Below, in pieces: positions 1 through 12,452 of a stretch of DNA of 64,000 nucleotides. Both the position numbers and the translations under genes were made by a program. The notes under the pieces were generated by a model. That model was not told the DNA's origin and did not search any database. It was given only the letters and a program-made list of their open reading frames with translations. How positions within the stretch are numbered: position 1 is the stretch's first letter; the number at the start of each line of letters is the position of its first letter. Source of the DNA: Eledone cirrhosa (lineage: Eukaryota); contig OZ024745.1 of NCBI GenBank assembly GCA_964016885.1, positions 114,266,001-114,330,000 of the forward strand, read 5' to 3'.

Positions 1-5
1 TTTAA

Positions 6-225
6 CCCTTTAGCATTTACATTACTCTAAATTTACTACTGTATTTTCATGGTAAAGGCTTTACCTCACATAATATCTCACATAATATCGAATCTATGAG
101 ATTTTGATGTTATTTATTTTGAGAACAATATCTTAACATAAGTATAAATGGCTGGTTACAGCTGGTTTGAACAGAAAGAGGTAAGAGAATTCTGGCCGGA
201 TATGGCCAGTTTAAATGCTAAAGGG
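6..225. mobile_element. piggyBac-type MITE
   Basis: 14-bp perfect TIRs CCCTTTAGCATTTA (6-19) / TAAATGCTAAAGGG (212-225), flanked by TTAA on both sides. Confidence 0.85.
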
Positions 226-304
226 TTAATAAAATGGTATAGTATAATTATTTTGATGTTTAGATTTTCATAGAAATTCATCTGATTTCTCTTTTGAATT
301 TCAG

Positions 305-360
305 GTTTTGTTTAGTGCTCATGCTGAAGATGTTATTCTAAACACTGCTGGAAACACTAG
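305..360 (+). CDS. PGM3: PGM3 internal exon (VLFSAHAEDVILNTAGNT-)
   Basis: tttcag acceptor, gtaagt donor, 56 nt (ends phase 2). Peptide corresponds to the region after the FEANGHGT motif and is phase-compatible with the next exon. Upstream exons lie outside the window. Confidence 0.8.
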
Positions 361-669
361 GTAAGTATTAATAATTAATTATTTTCACATTTTTTATGTT
401 AGGAATAGGAATGACAAGGGATACAGGAAACAAATACTAAAGGCTTCATTTTTGTTGTAGGTGATGGATTGACAGTATCGGTAAAGTGTCAGACAATATG
501 CATAGAGTTACGTCCCTTTACGTCCTGAGTTCAAATCCAGCCAAAGTTAACTTTGCCTGTCGTCCTTACGAGGGTCATAAAATAAAGTTCCAATAATGTT
601 GATTTAATTGACTTTCTCCTCCCTCAAATTTGTTGACCTTGTGCCTAAATCAGAAATCATTATTTTGTT

Positions 670-1400
670 AGAGGAGAAATGGTATCACCCAAGAGCTTTG
701 CAAGCCCAGCCAGACTAGTGATATCAATGCAGTTAATGTCCAGGTTAAACATTTGTAGGTTGAAGTCTCTATCCAAAATATCTGCAGGAAGGGATTTCCA
801 GTGATTGGTTTTTCTGGTGAGAAAGGATTGAACTAAATGTTTAGTGCAAGGTTTGATAGATAAGATTTTGTAGAGCTGGAGCCTTGCTCGAAGTATAAGG
901 GCCAGTGACATCATGGGGCCAGAGGGATGGCAGGAAGCAGGAGCAGCATTGCTGGCTTTTTAGCCCTCTTTAGTCTATACATAGAGGATACGTGGAGATA
1001 TTTTCTGGCGATATGGTAGAATTGGGCTGGACGCTTAAGGACCACAGATATATGGCATTCTGGAGAAGATCAGCCAGTCTTGTGAGGTAGGCAAACTATG
1101 TCTCCCTGCTTCCTTGTACTATAGATTCATTATAGATGAAGAAATAAATAAATACAAGTATGGGGTTGGCTATGGTAAAGGTTTGCTAGTTCACAGGAAC
1201 AGAAATAGCAGAAGAGGGTCATCTGTGATTTAGTGCTTATAGCATGTTAGTATGGTAATCATTTCTAATCAGCCAGATGGTCTGGTTTTAGATGCAATTT
1301 AAAAGGTTTGTGAGTATAGCAACAACTCCATCTCAGATATGGGAACAATATTTTAAAGAGCATCACACTTTGTAGAAAGTCAGGAATATTAATGCAACAC
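670..1400 (-). mobile_element. Degraded 3' end of a CR1/L2-group LINE
   Basis: QSFLTRKTNHWKSLPADILDRDFNLQMFNLDIN resembles the SFxxRTxxxWNSLP...LQxFK C-terminus of CR1/L2 ORF2. Confidence 0.55.
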
Positions 1401-1740
1401 CATCTATATTATATAATTGTTTATAAATATTGCATTGAAATATTGCTGCAAGAGTCAAACTAAAGGTTTAACATCATCATTAACAGTATATAATATTCAG
1501 TGCCATTAGGGACTATAATTTTGGTACCTTGAAATATTAGAAAAGGTTTCATTGGACAAGTCTGCAAACTACATAAATCTGTCATATTTATATATATATA
1601 TTTGGATGTTTGTGTAAAAACCTGTATTATCTCAAATTGTCTAACTCTGAGATTCACTCACTATATTCAAACAACCAGTTACTTAAAAAAAATAAATGAT
1701 ATTTACTTTTATTTATTTTTTATGTATTTTTTTTTTTTAG

Positions 1741-1804
1741 TTTGTCTAATGAAAAGCGATCTGCTGCTCAGAGACTGTGTGTTCTTATTGATTTGATAAA
1801 TCAG
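1741..1804 (+). CDS. PGM3: PGM3 exon (-LSNEKRSAAQRLCVLIDLINQ)
   Basis: Poly-T-ag acceptor, gtataa donor, 64 nt. Resembles human KKRKAAKMLENIIDLFNQ. Confidence 0.9.
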
Positions 1805-2084
1805 GTATAATATAATATTATATGTCATATTCTATGATATTGTACAATATCACATTTTGAAATCATCTTCATTTCATTCAAACAAATTTAGGTCATACCT
1901 CTTAAAATGTGCAAATGTGGATATTTTCTTCTTATTTTTCTTTAAATTGAAAAAAAAAAAATTATTTGTTTGCTACTGTATTAATATTTAAAGGTATATA
2001 ATTGGGTTTTTTTCCTGCTTATGACTTGAAATGGATGTCCTATAATCATTTGACTTGTTTGCAACACGTTTTTCATATTTACAA

Positions 2085-2320
2085 AAAAAAAAACACACAG
2101 TCCATGCTGTAATGTGGTCATGTAGGTAACACGGTAAAAAGCTCCCAGTCCACACTGTAAATGTGGTTGGTGTTAGGAAGGGCATCCAGCTGTAGAAAAC
2201 CTGCCAGATAGTCCTATATGAGTGAGACACGGTCACCCGACCAATCTTGCCTCAAATGGGACAATTCCCGTCTAACCCATGCTAGTGTGGAAGATATACA
2301 TTAAACGATGATGATGATGA
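2085..2320 (+). mobile_element. RTE LINE 3'UTR / RTE-tailed SINE fragment
   Basis: Matches the 3'UTR following the RTE ORF end at 38484-39011. Ends in a ttaaacgatgatgatgat tail. Further copies at about 10765-11030, 11455-11850 and 14205-14560 (all minus). Confidence 0.75.
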
Positions 2321-2599
2321 TATCTCTGATTTCTGAGCTCTATCGAATGACGTTACTCCAAAGGTGCTTTTTGTCATGTCACCAGCACAACCACCTTACA
2401 GGGTAGACTGAGTGCTTTTTGTCATGCCACCAACATGAATTATATTATTATCTATAAATACTGCATTGAAATATCCCAGTTATTGTTGTTATGGTGTTGC
2501 AAGACTTAGACTAAAGGTTTAACATCATGAGAATCATTAACAAAATACAATGTTCAGTGTCATTAAAGATTATAATTTTGGTACCTTGAAATTCTATGT

Positions 2600-3183
2600 A
2601 CACTGTAAAGTGGTCTTGTAGGTGACACAACAAAAAGCACCCAGTCCACACTGTAAAGTGGTCTTGTATGTGACACAACAAAAAGCACCCAGTCCACACT
2701 GTAAAGTGGTCTTGTATGTGACAACAAAAAGCACCCAGTCCACACTGTAAAGTGGTCTTGTATGTGACACAACAAAAAGCACCCAGTCCACACTGTAAAG
2801 TGGTTGTGTAGGTGACACAACAAAAAGCACCCAGTCCACACTGTAAAGTGGTTGTGTAGGTGACATGATAAAAAGCACCCAGTCCACACTGTAAAGTGGT
2901 TGTGTAGGTGACACGACAAAAAGCACCCAATCCATGCTGTAAAGTGGTTGTGTAGGTGACACGACAAAAAGCACCCAGTCCACACTGTAAAGTGGTTGTG
3001 TAGGTGACACGACAAAACGCACCCAATCCATGCTGTAAAGTGGTCGTGTAGGTGACACGACAAAACGCACCCAATCCATGCTGTAAAGTGGTCGTGTAGG
3101 TGACACGACAAAACGCACCCAATCCATGCTGTAAAGTGGTCGTGTAGGTGACATGATAAAAAGCACCCAGTCCACACTGTAAA
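2600..3183. repeat. 48-bp minisatellite, about 12 copies
   Basis: Unit cactgtaaagtggt(c/t)(t/g)tgtaggtgacac(a/g)acaaaaagcacccagtcca. The ORFs across it show 16-aa periodicity. Confidence 0.95.
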
Positions 3184-3728
3184 GTTCTGAATTCAAATCC
3201 CACTGACGTTAGCTTTGCCTTTCATCCTTACGGGGTCAATAAAATAAAGTACCAGTGACGCACTGCTGTCAATTTAGTCAAATTTCCCCTTCCCTTCAAA
3301 TTACTGGCCTTGCCTGCCTCCCTCTGTGTGTGTGTGTGTGTGTGTTTATTGCCAGAGTGCAAAGAGTAAAATCCTAGCAAGCAAACCAAATTGTCAAAAC
3401 ACTTGATTACTGGCAGAAATCATTTCATTTCACCAAATTACATCATAAATATCTTTTTAAAAAGTTTTATTTTCTCCCTAAATCATCACCATTATTAAGT
3501 TTTATAAAGTGCCAGTAATACACTGGGTAATTGCTGGCCTTGTGTCTAACGTAGAAACAATTATTAAGTTTTAGCTTTGCTTTTCACCCTTATGTGGTCG
3601 ATAAAATAAAGCACCAGTAACTCACTGGAGTCAATTTAATCGACTTTTCCCTCCTCCAAAATTGTTAACCTTTTGCCTAAATCAGAAACAATTATTATTT
3701 TTGTGAAACAAACTTTGTCAACTTTCAG

Positions 3729-3851
3729 ACAGTGGGTGATTCTATTTCGGACATGCTGCTTATAGAAACAATCCTGCATTCCCTTGGTTGGAATGTAGAG
3801 AAGTGGGCTGAAGTTTATCAAGAAAGACCATCGATCCTCAAACAAGTCAAA
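3729..3851 (+). CDS. PGM3: PGM3 exon (TVGDSISDMLLIETILHSLGWNVEKWAEVYQERPSILKQVK)
   Basis: tttcag/gtaaga, 123 nt, phase 0/0. GDxISDML motif typical of AGM1/PGM3. Confidence 0.95.
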
Positions 3852-3872
3852 GTAAGAGTTTGATTTCATTTA

Positions 3873-3911
<39 letters not shown>

Positions 3912-4545
3912 AGGGTGGTGGATTGGCAGCATCGGTAGAGGGTCAGACGCCATGCTTTCCAGCATAGTTACGTCCTCCCTTTACAGTCTGAGTTCAAATC
4001 CCGCCGAGGTTAACTTTGCCTTTCATCCTTAAGGGGTCGATAAAATAAAGTACCAGTAATGCCCTGGGATAATTGCTGGCCTTGTGCCAATTGTAGAAAC
4101 AATTATTATTATAGGCAGTATTAGTAGAGCGTCGGGCAACATCCTTTGCGGCATAGAGTTACGGCCCTTTACGCTTTGAGTTCAAATCTTGCCGAGGTTA
4201 GCTTTGCCTTTCATCCTTACAAAGTCAATAAAATAAAGCACCAGTAATGCACTGGGGTCGATTTAATCAACTTTCCCCTCCCCCTCAAATTGCTGGCCTT
4301 GTGTCTATAGTAGAAACAATTATTATTATTATTATTAAGTAAACCTGGGGTGGTGAATTGGCAGAATCATTAGTGTCAGATAGAATTCTCAACACTCTGC
4401 ATGCTGGGTTCAAATCTTACTACGGTCAACTTTGCTTTCCATTCTACCAGGGTTGATAAAATAAAATAACAGTCAAGGTCAATAAAAATGACTTTCCCTT
4501 TCCCCAAAACTGCAGGCCTTGTGTGTAAATCAAAAACCGTTATTA
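3912..4545 (+). mobile_element. Tandem cluster of tRNA-derived SINEs (dominant family in the window)
   Basis: Consensus GGTGGATTGGCAGTATCGGTAGAG (A box)...GAGTTCAAATCC (B box)...CTTTCATCCTTACGGGGTCGATAAAATAAAGTACCAG...(ATT)n. More than 20 other copies, e.g. 459-660, 3185-3310, 3505-3700, 12220-12420, 15335-15475(-), 18740-19030, 23345-23535(-), 24755-24875, 26597-26780, 36225-36387(-), 50515-50690, 52620-53460(-), 56222-56402, 58150-58327, 62856-62975, 63247-63405(-), 63610-63910. Confidence 0.9.
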
Positions 4546-6732
4546 AGTCAACTTCACACTCCATTTCTGTAATTCCTGCAAAGGTTGGAACATAAGGTTC
4601 CATAGTTTGAATCATATTTAGCTAACCTTATATACTTTGATTCCTCTAACATTGGTAAAAGAAGCACCAGTTCATCTAAAATTGGAGGAGAGTATAGTTA
4701 TTGGCTTATTATTTTCATATGCAGGTTTATAAGTTCAAATCCTTCTAGAATTACCTGAATAACAGGTTTGAGATAGAAGGGAATATTTTGTGAAGAAACC
4801 ATTTTCATTTCACTCGTTAGAGAGTGGATAATAGAAAATATATCTGGTAATGAAACAGCTATAAGTTTTTTAATGGGTTTTTCCCTTTTTTTATTGTATG
4901 TGCATACATAATCATTTAACATCTGTTCTCCCTGCTAGTAAGGGTTAAACAGGTCTTCATAGACCGACTAAGTGCTGTAGTGGGGCTACTGAAATCTGAG
5001 ACAGGCTGGGGGCTCTACGTCTCACACCTGAACAAGGTGTCTTGTGGAAGACTTAGTAGATGTTCATGCTTGTTTGTCTCAGTTTTCCATGCCACCAATG
5101 TTATCCAAAGGAAAGGCAAAGGCTGATACAACTTGGTATTAATGTCATCGCAAATCATTTTTTTCAGCTGAGTGAACTGGAGCAAAATGGAATAAGGTTC
5201 TGCCAAAGGACATAACATGCCATCCTGACTATGATTGTGAGCTCACCACCCTAACCACTAAGCCATGCACCTTTTCTTTCTTACACAAACACACACTCAC
5301 ATATGTATATATATAGTTTTGCATATTTTTAAAGCAATTATTTCTACATATGGTTGCCCTTCATCCATGACGAATGAATGAAACCAGTTTCCCGACAAAT
5401 GAACTGGGGCAATTAGCAGTTTATTCATTCAGAGGACAGTGGATTGGTAGAATCAGTAGAGCGTTGGATCCCATACTTCGCAGCACGGGTCGATTTAATC
5501 GATTTTCCCTTCCTCCCAAATTGCTGGCCTTGTGCCTAAATCAGAAATCATTATTTCCTCATTCAAGTGTACAGTATTGTTGAAGCTGTAAGATATGAAC
5601 TTATAATCATGTGGTCATTATTCCCAAAGTTGAACCTCATTTTACTGAGCTTCATACCTTTTTATCACTTTTCTTTCATCTTCACAACTGTTGATCTTTA
5701 CAATTTTATGAAAATCAAAGACAAGATAAAGGATGGGCTGTGGTGTTTGTATTTTATATCTGCAGTATGTTGTCATATAAATATGAAGTATATTTTATAA
5801 AACAATTTTGACTTGTTACTGTTTTAAAAATGAAGAGGAAACTTAAGTTTGATATAAACATTGGAGCGTCAAGTGAGTTAAAATGCTTAGAAAATGCAGA
5901 AAATCTTGAACGCAGGAAATAACTGTGAACACAGTTTAGAAAATCTGTCACCAGAGGTATTTTACCAAATTTTTTAAGCTGTGTTCACAGTTATTTCCTG
6001 TGTTCAAGATTTTTTTACATTTTCTAAGCATTTCAACTTCTAGAATTTTCCCAAAATTAGTTTATATTAAGTAACTGAATTTGATATAGATTATGATTAC
6101 TCTGCTTTACTTTCTTCTGTGTTTATTCTGTTTTTTTCCTTGTATGTGTGAGTTTAAAAAGATCCCAACCAACTGTAAAAGATATGCTCCAATAATTTAT
6201 CCAATGATATTACTGTGTTGTTTCATGTTCAACTAGAGCTTCTCCCAAATAACTCAAAATTGAATAACTTTGGTGGAGAGCATTGATTTGAATAAATTCC
6301 AGTGAATATGCTACATTAATTTTTGTAAAAGATAGAACACAGTTAAACTGATAATGCAGCTAGGCTTTTGTATTGATAAGTGAAGCAAACATGACATTCA
6401 CTAGATGAAAAAATGGTGTGAGCTGATAGTAGAAGGTGATTGAAGTTGAAGAAGAACTTGGAAATGTAGTAAAATCTGATCTCTGTTCATCTTCAAATAA
6501 TGAGATATTGAAGGGATAGTGGGAATATGCTGTATTACAGATCATATTATATCAGTTGCCCTGTGAATAAGAACATTATTACCATTCATCATCATCATCA
6601 TCATTTTACGTCCGCTTTTCCCTGCTTGCAAGGGTGGGACAGGTCTTATTCAGAACAGCATCTCTCCACTCGTCATTGTATATATAATTGTATATATAAT
6701 TTAATGAAATCCTTTTGTTTTTAATTTAATAG

Positions 6733-6854
6733 GTGAAAGATAAGCTTGTATTTAAGACAACATTTGATGAACAAAGACTCACTCAACCTTTTGACCTTCA
6801 AGAAGCAATAGACCTACTTTGTATTTATGTGCCTGGTGGTCGTGCCTTTGTACG
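6733..6854 (+). CDS. PGM3: PGM3 exon (VKDKLVFKTTFDEQRLTQPFDLQEAIDLLCIYVPGGRAFV-)
   Basis: aatag/gtaagg, 122 nt. Contains LQEAID and RAFVR motifs. Confidence 0.95.
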
Positions 6855-6989
6855 GTAAGGAGTTATTTTGTATTAACTTCTTTTTTTTTATGTGAAAGAC
6901 TTTTCAATTATGCAAAATTTAAATGGAAATTATGCTACTAAAAATGGGCCATGTGTCAGTTTAGTTTATAATCTAAATTTATTTATATA

Positions 6990-7929
6990 CTAGTTACCCA
7001 GTTCCATAGTGTTCCACCATAGCCATGCTGTGCCATGCCATACTGTGACACCCTAACTTCAAAGCGTCATATTTTTCCACACTATCTCCCCATTGCCATA
7101 GGGGTCACCCTAGCTCTATATTTCCATACTGTGTCACCATAGCTACCAAATTCCATAGTGTGCCACCCTAGCTCCGCTGTGCCATGCTGCGGCACCCTAG
7201 CTTCAAAGGGCCATATTTTTCCACCCTATCAGCCCCATTGGCATATTTCGCCATCCTAGCTTCATATTGCCATGCTGTGTCACTCAAACTCCCCAGTTTC
7301 AAAGTGTGCCACCCTAGATCCGCTGTGCCATAGTGCGGTACCCTAGCTCTGAAGTGCTGTATTTTGCCACACTATCTCCCCATTGCCATACTGCTACATC
7401 CTAGCTCCATATTGCCATACTGTGTCACTCAATCTCTCAAATTCCATAGTGTATCACCCTAGCTCCGCTGTGCCATACTGCGGCACCCCAGCTCTGAAGT
7501 CCCACATTTTGCCACCCTGTCTCCCCATTGCCATACTGTTACATCCTAGTTCTATATTTCCATACTGTGTCACTGAAGCTTCCCAGTTCCATAGTGTTCC
7601 ACCTTAACTTCACTGTGCCATAGTGTGGCACCCTTGTTCCAAAGCGCCGTATTTTGCTACCTTATCTCCCAATTGCCATACTGCAACATCCTAGTTCCAT
7701 ATTTCCGTACTGTGTCACTGAAGCTCCCCAATTCCATAGTGTTCCATCCTAGCTCTGCTGCACCTTAGTGCGGCACCCTAGTTCCGAAGTTCAAAAGTTG
7801 AAACGCTATTTGATTTTTTTTTTTTTTTTTTTTCACCATAAAATTTTCAGTATCCCCCTTCCTTTGTTTTAACTCATCTCATGGACGGACTGGCACAGAT
7901 GGGCACAATTCCACTTTTATTTATATAGA
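6990..7929 (-). mobile_element. Non-autonomous Helitron-like element with internal satellite
   Basis: On the minus strand it starts A|TCTATATAAATAAAAG and ends ...GGGTAACTAG|T, the Helitron TC...CTAG termini in an AT target. Internal tandem array at 7000-7790. Confidence 0.75.
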
Positions 7930-8264
7930 TAATTGTGTATGTTCCTTTATTTACAACCATGTTTTGAAAACAGCATGTGGTTGTCAGATAAATTCATACT
8001 CATTTATTAAATAAACTTTACACATTCAGAGGAATGTTTATACTTCACAATTACAAAAGACTATATTTACTAGTGAATTTGAAATTTTCAACAAATGTTT
8101 GTATGTGAATTTTTGTGATTGCATACATCTTTGAGAGTATGCCTGTATTTATAAAATGTGATGTAGACAAAGGCTTAATAAGCATTTTTATGACCTTGGG
8201 ATAATTGTTTCAACATAAAAAGAAATATATAATAGTGATAAATTGCCTAGAAATGTTTTACATC

Positions 8265-8918
8265 TCTAGGCAGTGTCCAAGAATCTGTTCTTGGTCTCCT
8301 TTTCTTTTTGCATATATTAATGACATAGATGCCAACTTGAAGAATGTCACAGTGCTGAAATATGCAGATGACATCAAGTTGTACATTGAGATAAAAAGGA
8401 CAGATCCTGTATACTATAGATCAGACTCGTGTACCATCAGCTTTCACATACTCCCTGCACAACGCGTTGCTTCCCTGGGCATGGATATATATTAAAGCTC
8501 AGAGGTTTGGCAACTGAGTTGGTAGACACCCACAAAATTATTAACCATCTTTCCAACAACTCTGGACGCATTTTTGAATCCGATGCCTAATAATACCCAT
8601 GGACATGCTTGCAAAATCAGAAAACAGTACAGCTCCCATGACTTTTGAAAACATTTTTCCATGCTCAGAGTTGCTGAAGCATGGAACAAACTACCTGTAT
8701 CAGTTGTTAGCTGTCAGGACACTGCATCCTTCGAAACTTCCATGCTTCTTGAAATTCGCCAGCACACAACACGCGTATGTGTGTGTATCATAACTCATAC
8801 ACTCTTCACTTTCCTGACATTTGTACATTATTCTATGTACTATACATACACTTTTGGCTACCTTTTCTGATGAGTTGTAGTGCACTTGAAGACTGTACAC
8901 AATTATTTTTATTATTAT
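8265..8918 (+). mobile_element. 5'-truncated, internally deleted CR1 copy
   Basis: AYINDIDANLKNVTVLKYADDIKLY and the 3'UTR closely match the element at 41650-45803. Confidence 0.9.
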
Positions 8919-9358
8919 ATTAATTTCGGGGTTGCACTGAAATTTTGATGCATAATTTGACAGGATAAATGTATCCAACAGAACTTGTAACTCGAGCAAC
9001 ATAACTCATCCACATATTCAATCAACATCATCTTCATCACTATTTAATGTCAATTTTCCATGCTTGTTAGATGGGTTAAGGTTAACCAGGTCTGGTGGCC
9101 ACATCTTGCTCATAGAGTATGTCGGAAGTTGGGGTGAGTCTATTATAGAAGGCAATCAAATAAAACCTTTAAATTTGTAAGTATAAATATGTGTATGTAT
9201 GGGTGTGAAATTTTGTGTGTATGTAAAACACATTCTCACACATCAAAATATAACCTATGTATTCTAAATATATGATTTTAATGTTTCTTAAATGTCATTA
9301 ATTATTTTTGTTTAATAACCCTTTATTTTTTATTTATTTATTTATTTTACTAATTTAG

Positions 9359-9410
9359 CCCTTCGGGAACTGAAGATGTTGTCAGAGTATATTCAGAAGC
9401 AGACACTATT
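9359..9410 (+). CDS. PGM3: PGM3 exon (-PSGTEDVVRVYSEADTI), phosphate-binding loop
   Basis: tttag/gtaagt, 52 nt. Completes RPSGTEDVVRVY, the alpha-D-phosphohexomutase domain 4 signature. Confidence 0.97.
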
Positions 9411-9619
9411 GTAAGTTAATTTTTCTATTTAAAGAGCAATATTTATATATTTGTGTTCTTTGTTTTCTTTCTTGAAATATTGAGGTACTCGCTCAGTATT
9501 CTTCCTTCTATAATATTTGAAATTCATCATAAAGCTTCATTTCCCTGTTATAATCCTTTCACTTTACATCAAAATTATTGATATTTGTAGGGAAATTCGT
9601 ATTTTCTGGTATTTTAAAT

Positions 9620-9925
9620 ACATTTTTCCATGCTTGCATGGGTTGGACGGGACATTTTCAGCACAGTATCTCTCCACTCATTGCATTCCTTTGTCATCTT
9701 CTCTGTGAGTCTCGGCGGTTTAAGATCAACTCTCATCACCATCACCCAGGTCTTCCTTGGACTACCTCTACTGTGGCTTCCTACAAACTGGGATTTCCTG
9801 GCACTTCTTCACCCAGTGAACATCATCCATGTGCATCACATATCCGTCCCAATGCAATCTTCTCTCCCTTGCACACCATTTCAGATTCCTCTTAAACCCA
9901 ATTTCTCTCTCAGTTCATCCAATCC
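9620..9925 (-). mobile_element. RTE LINE 3' remnant
   Basis: Similar to the RTE C-terminal region at 20345-20629 (GRPRKTW on the minus strand) plus the shared tail. Confidence 0.6.
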
Positions 9926-11142
9926 CTGCCTTTTTCTCACATTTACATTTATTTGATTTCATTAATCTAGTAACATCTTTTATTTATTTACATAATTATT
10001 TTATTACCTATTCTTTATTACCTATTCTAACTTAAACCACCTTGAATGGAGAGAGATTTTCTCGCATCACTCACTTACCTCCCTTGTCATCTTGTAAACT
10101 TCTGCCACACTCTTTACTCATTAAAGCACATTCTCAGCTATTTATTTCAAGATCATACCCTCCCGCTTCCTTTCTTCAGTTTTTTCTTTGATTCCTACTT
10201 CGATATTTCCAGTCCTCATTTGTTAATTCATTATCTATTTCTGCTCCACCCACTGTGATTTTCAAATGGATAACACCTTTCGGTTTTTTTTTTTCTTCCA
10301 TGCTCCCCATCATCAACTCTATATTATTCTTAAAAGTTTTCTTTCTACTTATCGACATTTTCTTTTTAATGATACATGCCAGCTATTTGGAAGAGTTTTC
10401 CTTATTAAACTATTATTCCAACTCTATATTCCATATATTGAGTACTTTTTTTTTATTGATTATTGCTGTTTTCACATTTTTAGTATTGATTTTTCAATGG
10501 GAAGATGCTAACTATTTTAGTTTGGGATTGCTACATGTTTAATTCTAGGTAGACAATTGTAATATATGTTGCTTTTTTTAATCCACATAGCTTCAATTAA
10601 AATGTAAATCAAAAAGTAGAAACTTCTGAAATTATTTCAAATTTTGTTGTTGTTGTAGATGTTGCTTGGTATATATATAAAACATGCTTTATTTTCCCCC
10701 TGTAATCATGATAATCATGTATAGAAGTAACATTTTTCATAGATCCTAATATCAGAAATCATTATCATCGTTTAACGTCCATTTTTCCATGCTAGCTTGG
10801 GTTAGACGGATTGTCCCGTTTGAGGCAAGTTTGGTCAGGTGACCATGTCTTGCTCGCACAGAACTGTTTCTGGCTTAGTTTCTACAGCTGGATGCCCTTC
10901 CTAACAGCAACCACATTTACAGTGTGTGCTGGTTGCTTTTTGTCGTGACTCCTACATGACCACTTTACTCTGTGGGCTTGGTGCTTTTTGTTGTGTCACC
11001 ATCACGACCACTTTACAGTGTGGGCTAGAGGTTTTGTGCATATTAAAAAGAAACCTGCTTGTATGTTCAAATTTACTACTCTCTCTCTTTATTTTGTTCA
11101 ACTTTTTTAACAAACATTAATATCATTATTTTTCTATTTCAG

Positions 11143-11226
11143 GAGGATGCAAAGAAACTTAGTTTTTCTGTTTGTGAGAAAGTATATGATCTCTGTGATG
11201 GTGTTGGCGATCGACCTGTGTTTTAA
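11143..11226 (+). CDS. PGM3: PGM3 last coding exon (EDAKKLSFSVCEKVYDLCDGVGDRPVF*)
   Basis: tttcag acceptor, TAA stop at 11224-11226. Resembles the human C-terminus VFQLAGGIGERP. Candidate ATTAAA poly(A) signal near 11314. Confidence 0.93.
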   Translation, partial: EDAKKLSFSVCEKVYDLCDGVGDRPVF

Positions 11227-12421
11227 GTGTAACATAGTTTTTTCTTAATTTCCAGTAGCTCTTCAATTGTAAATGGTATCTAAAAATGTTATTCTGTATT
11301 TTTATACAAATTTATTAAAACATATTTCAATGGATATACATATTATTTTTCAATTTGAAAATTATATAAAGAAGATTATGTTCTAAAACATTATTAAACA
11401 CGGGAAAACTATTTGTTTTAAACTTTCTTAATTTAAGAAATCATTACTATAATCATCATCACAATTTAATGTCAATTTTTCCACACTAGCATGGGTTCAC
11501 CGAGTTGTCCTGTTGTGAGACAATTCAGATCAGGTGACCATGTCCTGCTCATACAGGACTGTTTCTAACTTAGGATTTATGGCTGAATGCCCTTCTTAAT
11601 GCCAAACACATTTACAATGTGAACTAGATGCTTTTTATTGTGGCACCAAAACGATCAAATTACAGGGTAGACTGGGCGCTTTTTGTCATGTCACCAACAG
11701 ACCACTTTACAGTGTGGACTGGGCACTTTTTGTCTTGCCACCAAGTGACTCCTTTACAGTGTGGATAGCACTTTTTGAGGAGTCACCAATACAACCACTT
11801 TGCCGTGTGGCCTGGGTCCATTTTGAGGTGTCACTAACACAACCACTTTACAATCTGCTTCTTTATTGATTTCATTTTACATGTAACAAGGGAACAATAT
11901 TTAATTCTTTACATTTATCCTTTTGTAACATATAATTTGCTATTTTGTGGTGTGGGAAGTAATCACTTGAAATGATTTGCCAATATTTTTATAGCCACTA
12001 TATTATTCCAATAAATATAATTTTGAACACATTTTGGTTATTTATCGTTTTTCTTTCAATAACTGCATAACACATGGTTTACTTGGGATGTACAAAAGAA
12101 GTGTCTGTGTATGATACAGTAAAAGATTGCCATAATTAATATGGTTATTTGAGATTGAGTTAAATTAGATGAGTGATTATATTATATTTTATATTATATT
12201 TTGTCTGTATTTATATATAAGGGCAGTGGATTGGCAGTATTGGTAGAGCATCAGCCAACATGCTTTGTGACATGTAGTTACAGCCCTTTAAGTTCTGATT
12301 TCAAATCCCGCTGAGGTTAGCTTTGTCTTCCTTATGGGGTTGATAAAATAAATTACCAGTAATACACTGGAGTCGATTTAATCAACTTTCTCCTCCCCAA
12401 AAAATTGTTGGCCTTGTGGCT

Positions 12422-12423
<2 letters not shown>

Positions 12424-12452
<29 letters not shown>

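Noticed and set aside
2600-3183. CRISPR-like array / 200-230 aa repeat proteins
   Set aside because: Contiguous tandem units without unique spacers, no cas genes, eukaryotic intron. The ORFs are by-products of a 48-bp period.
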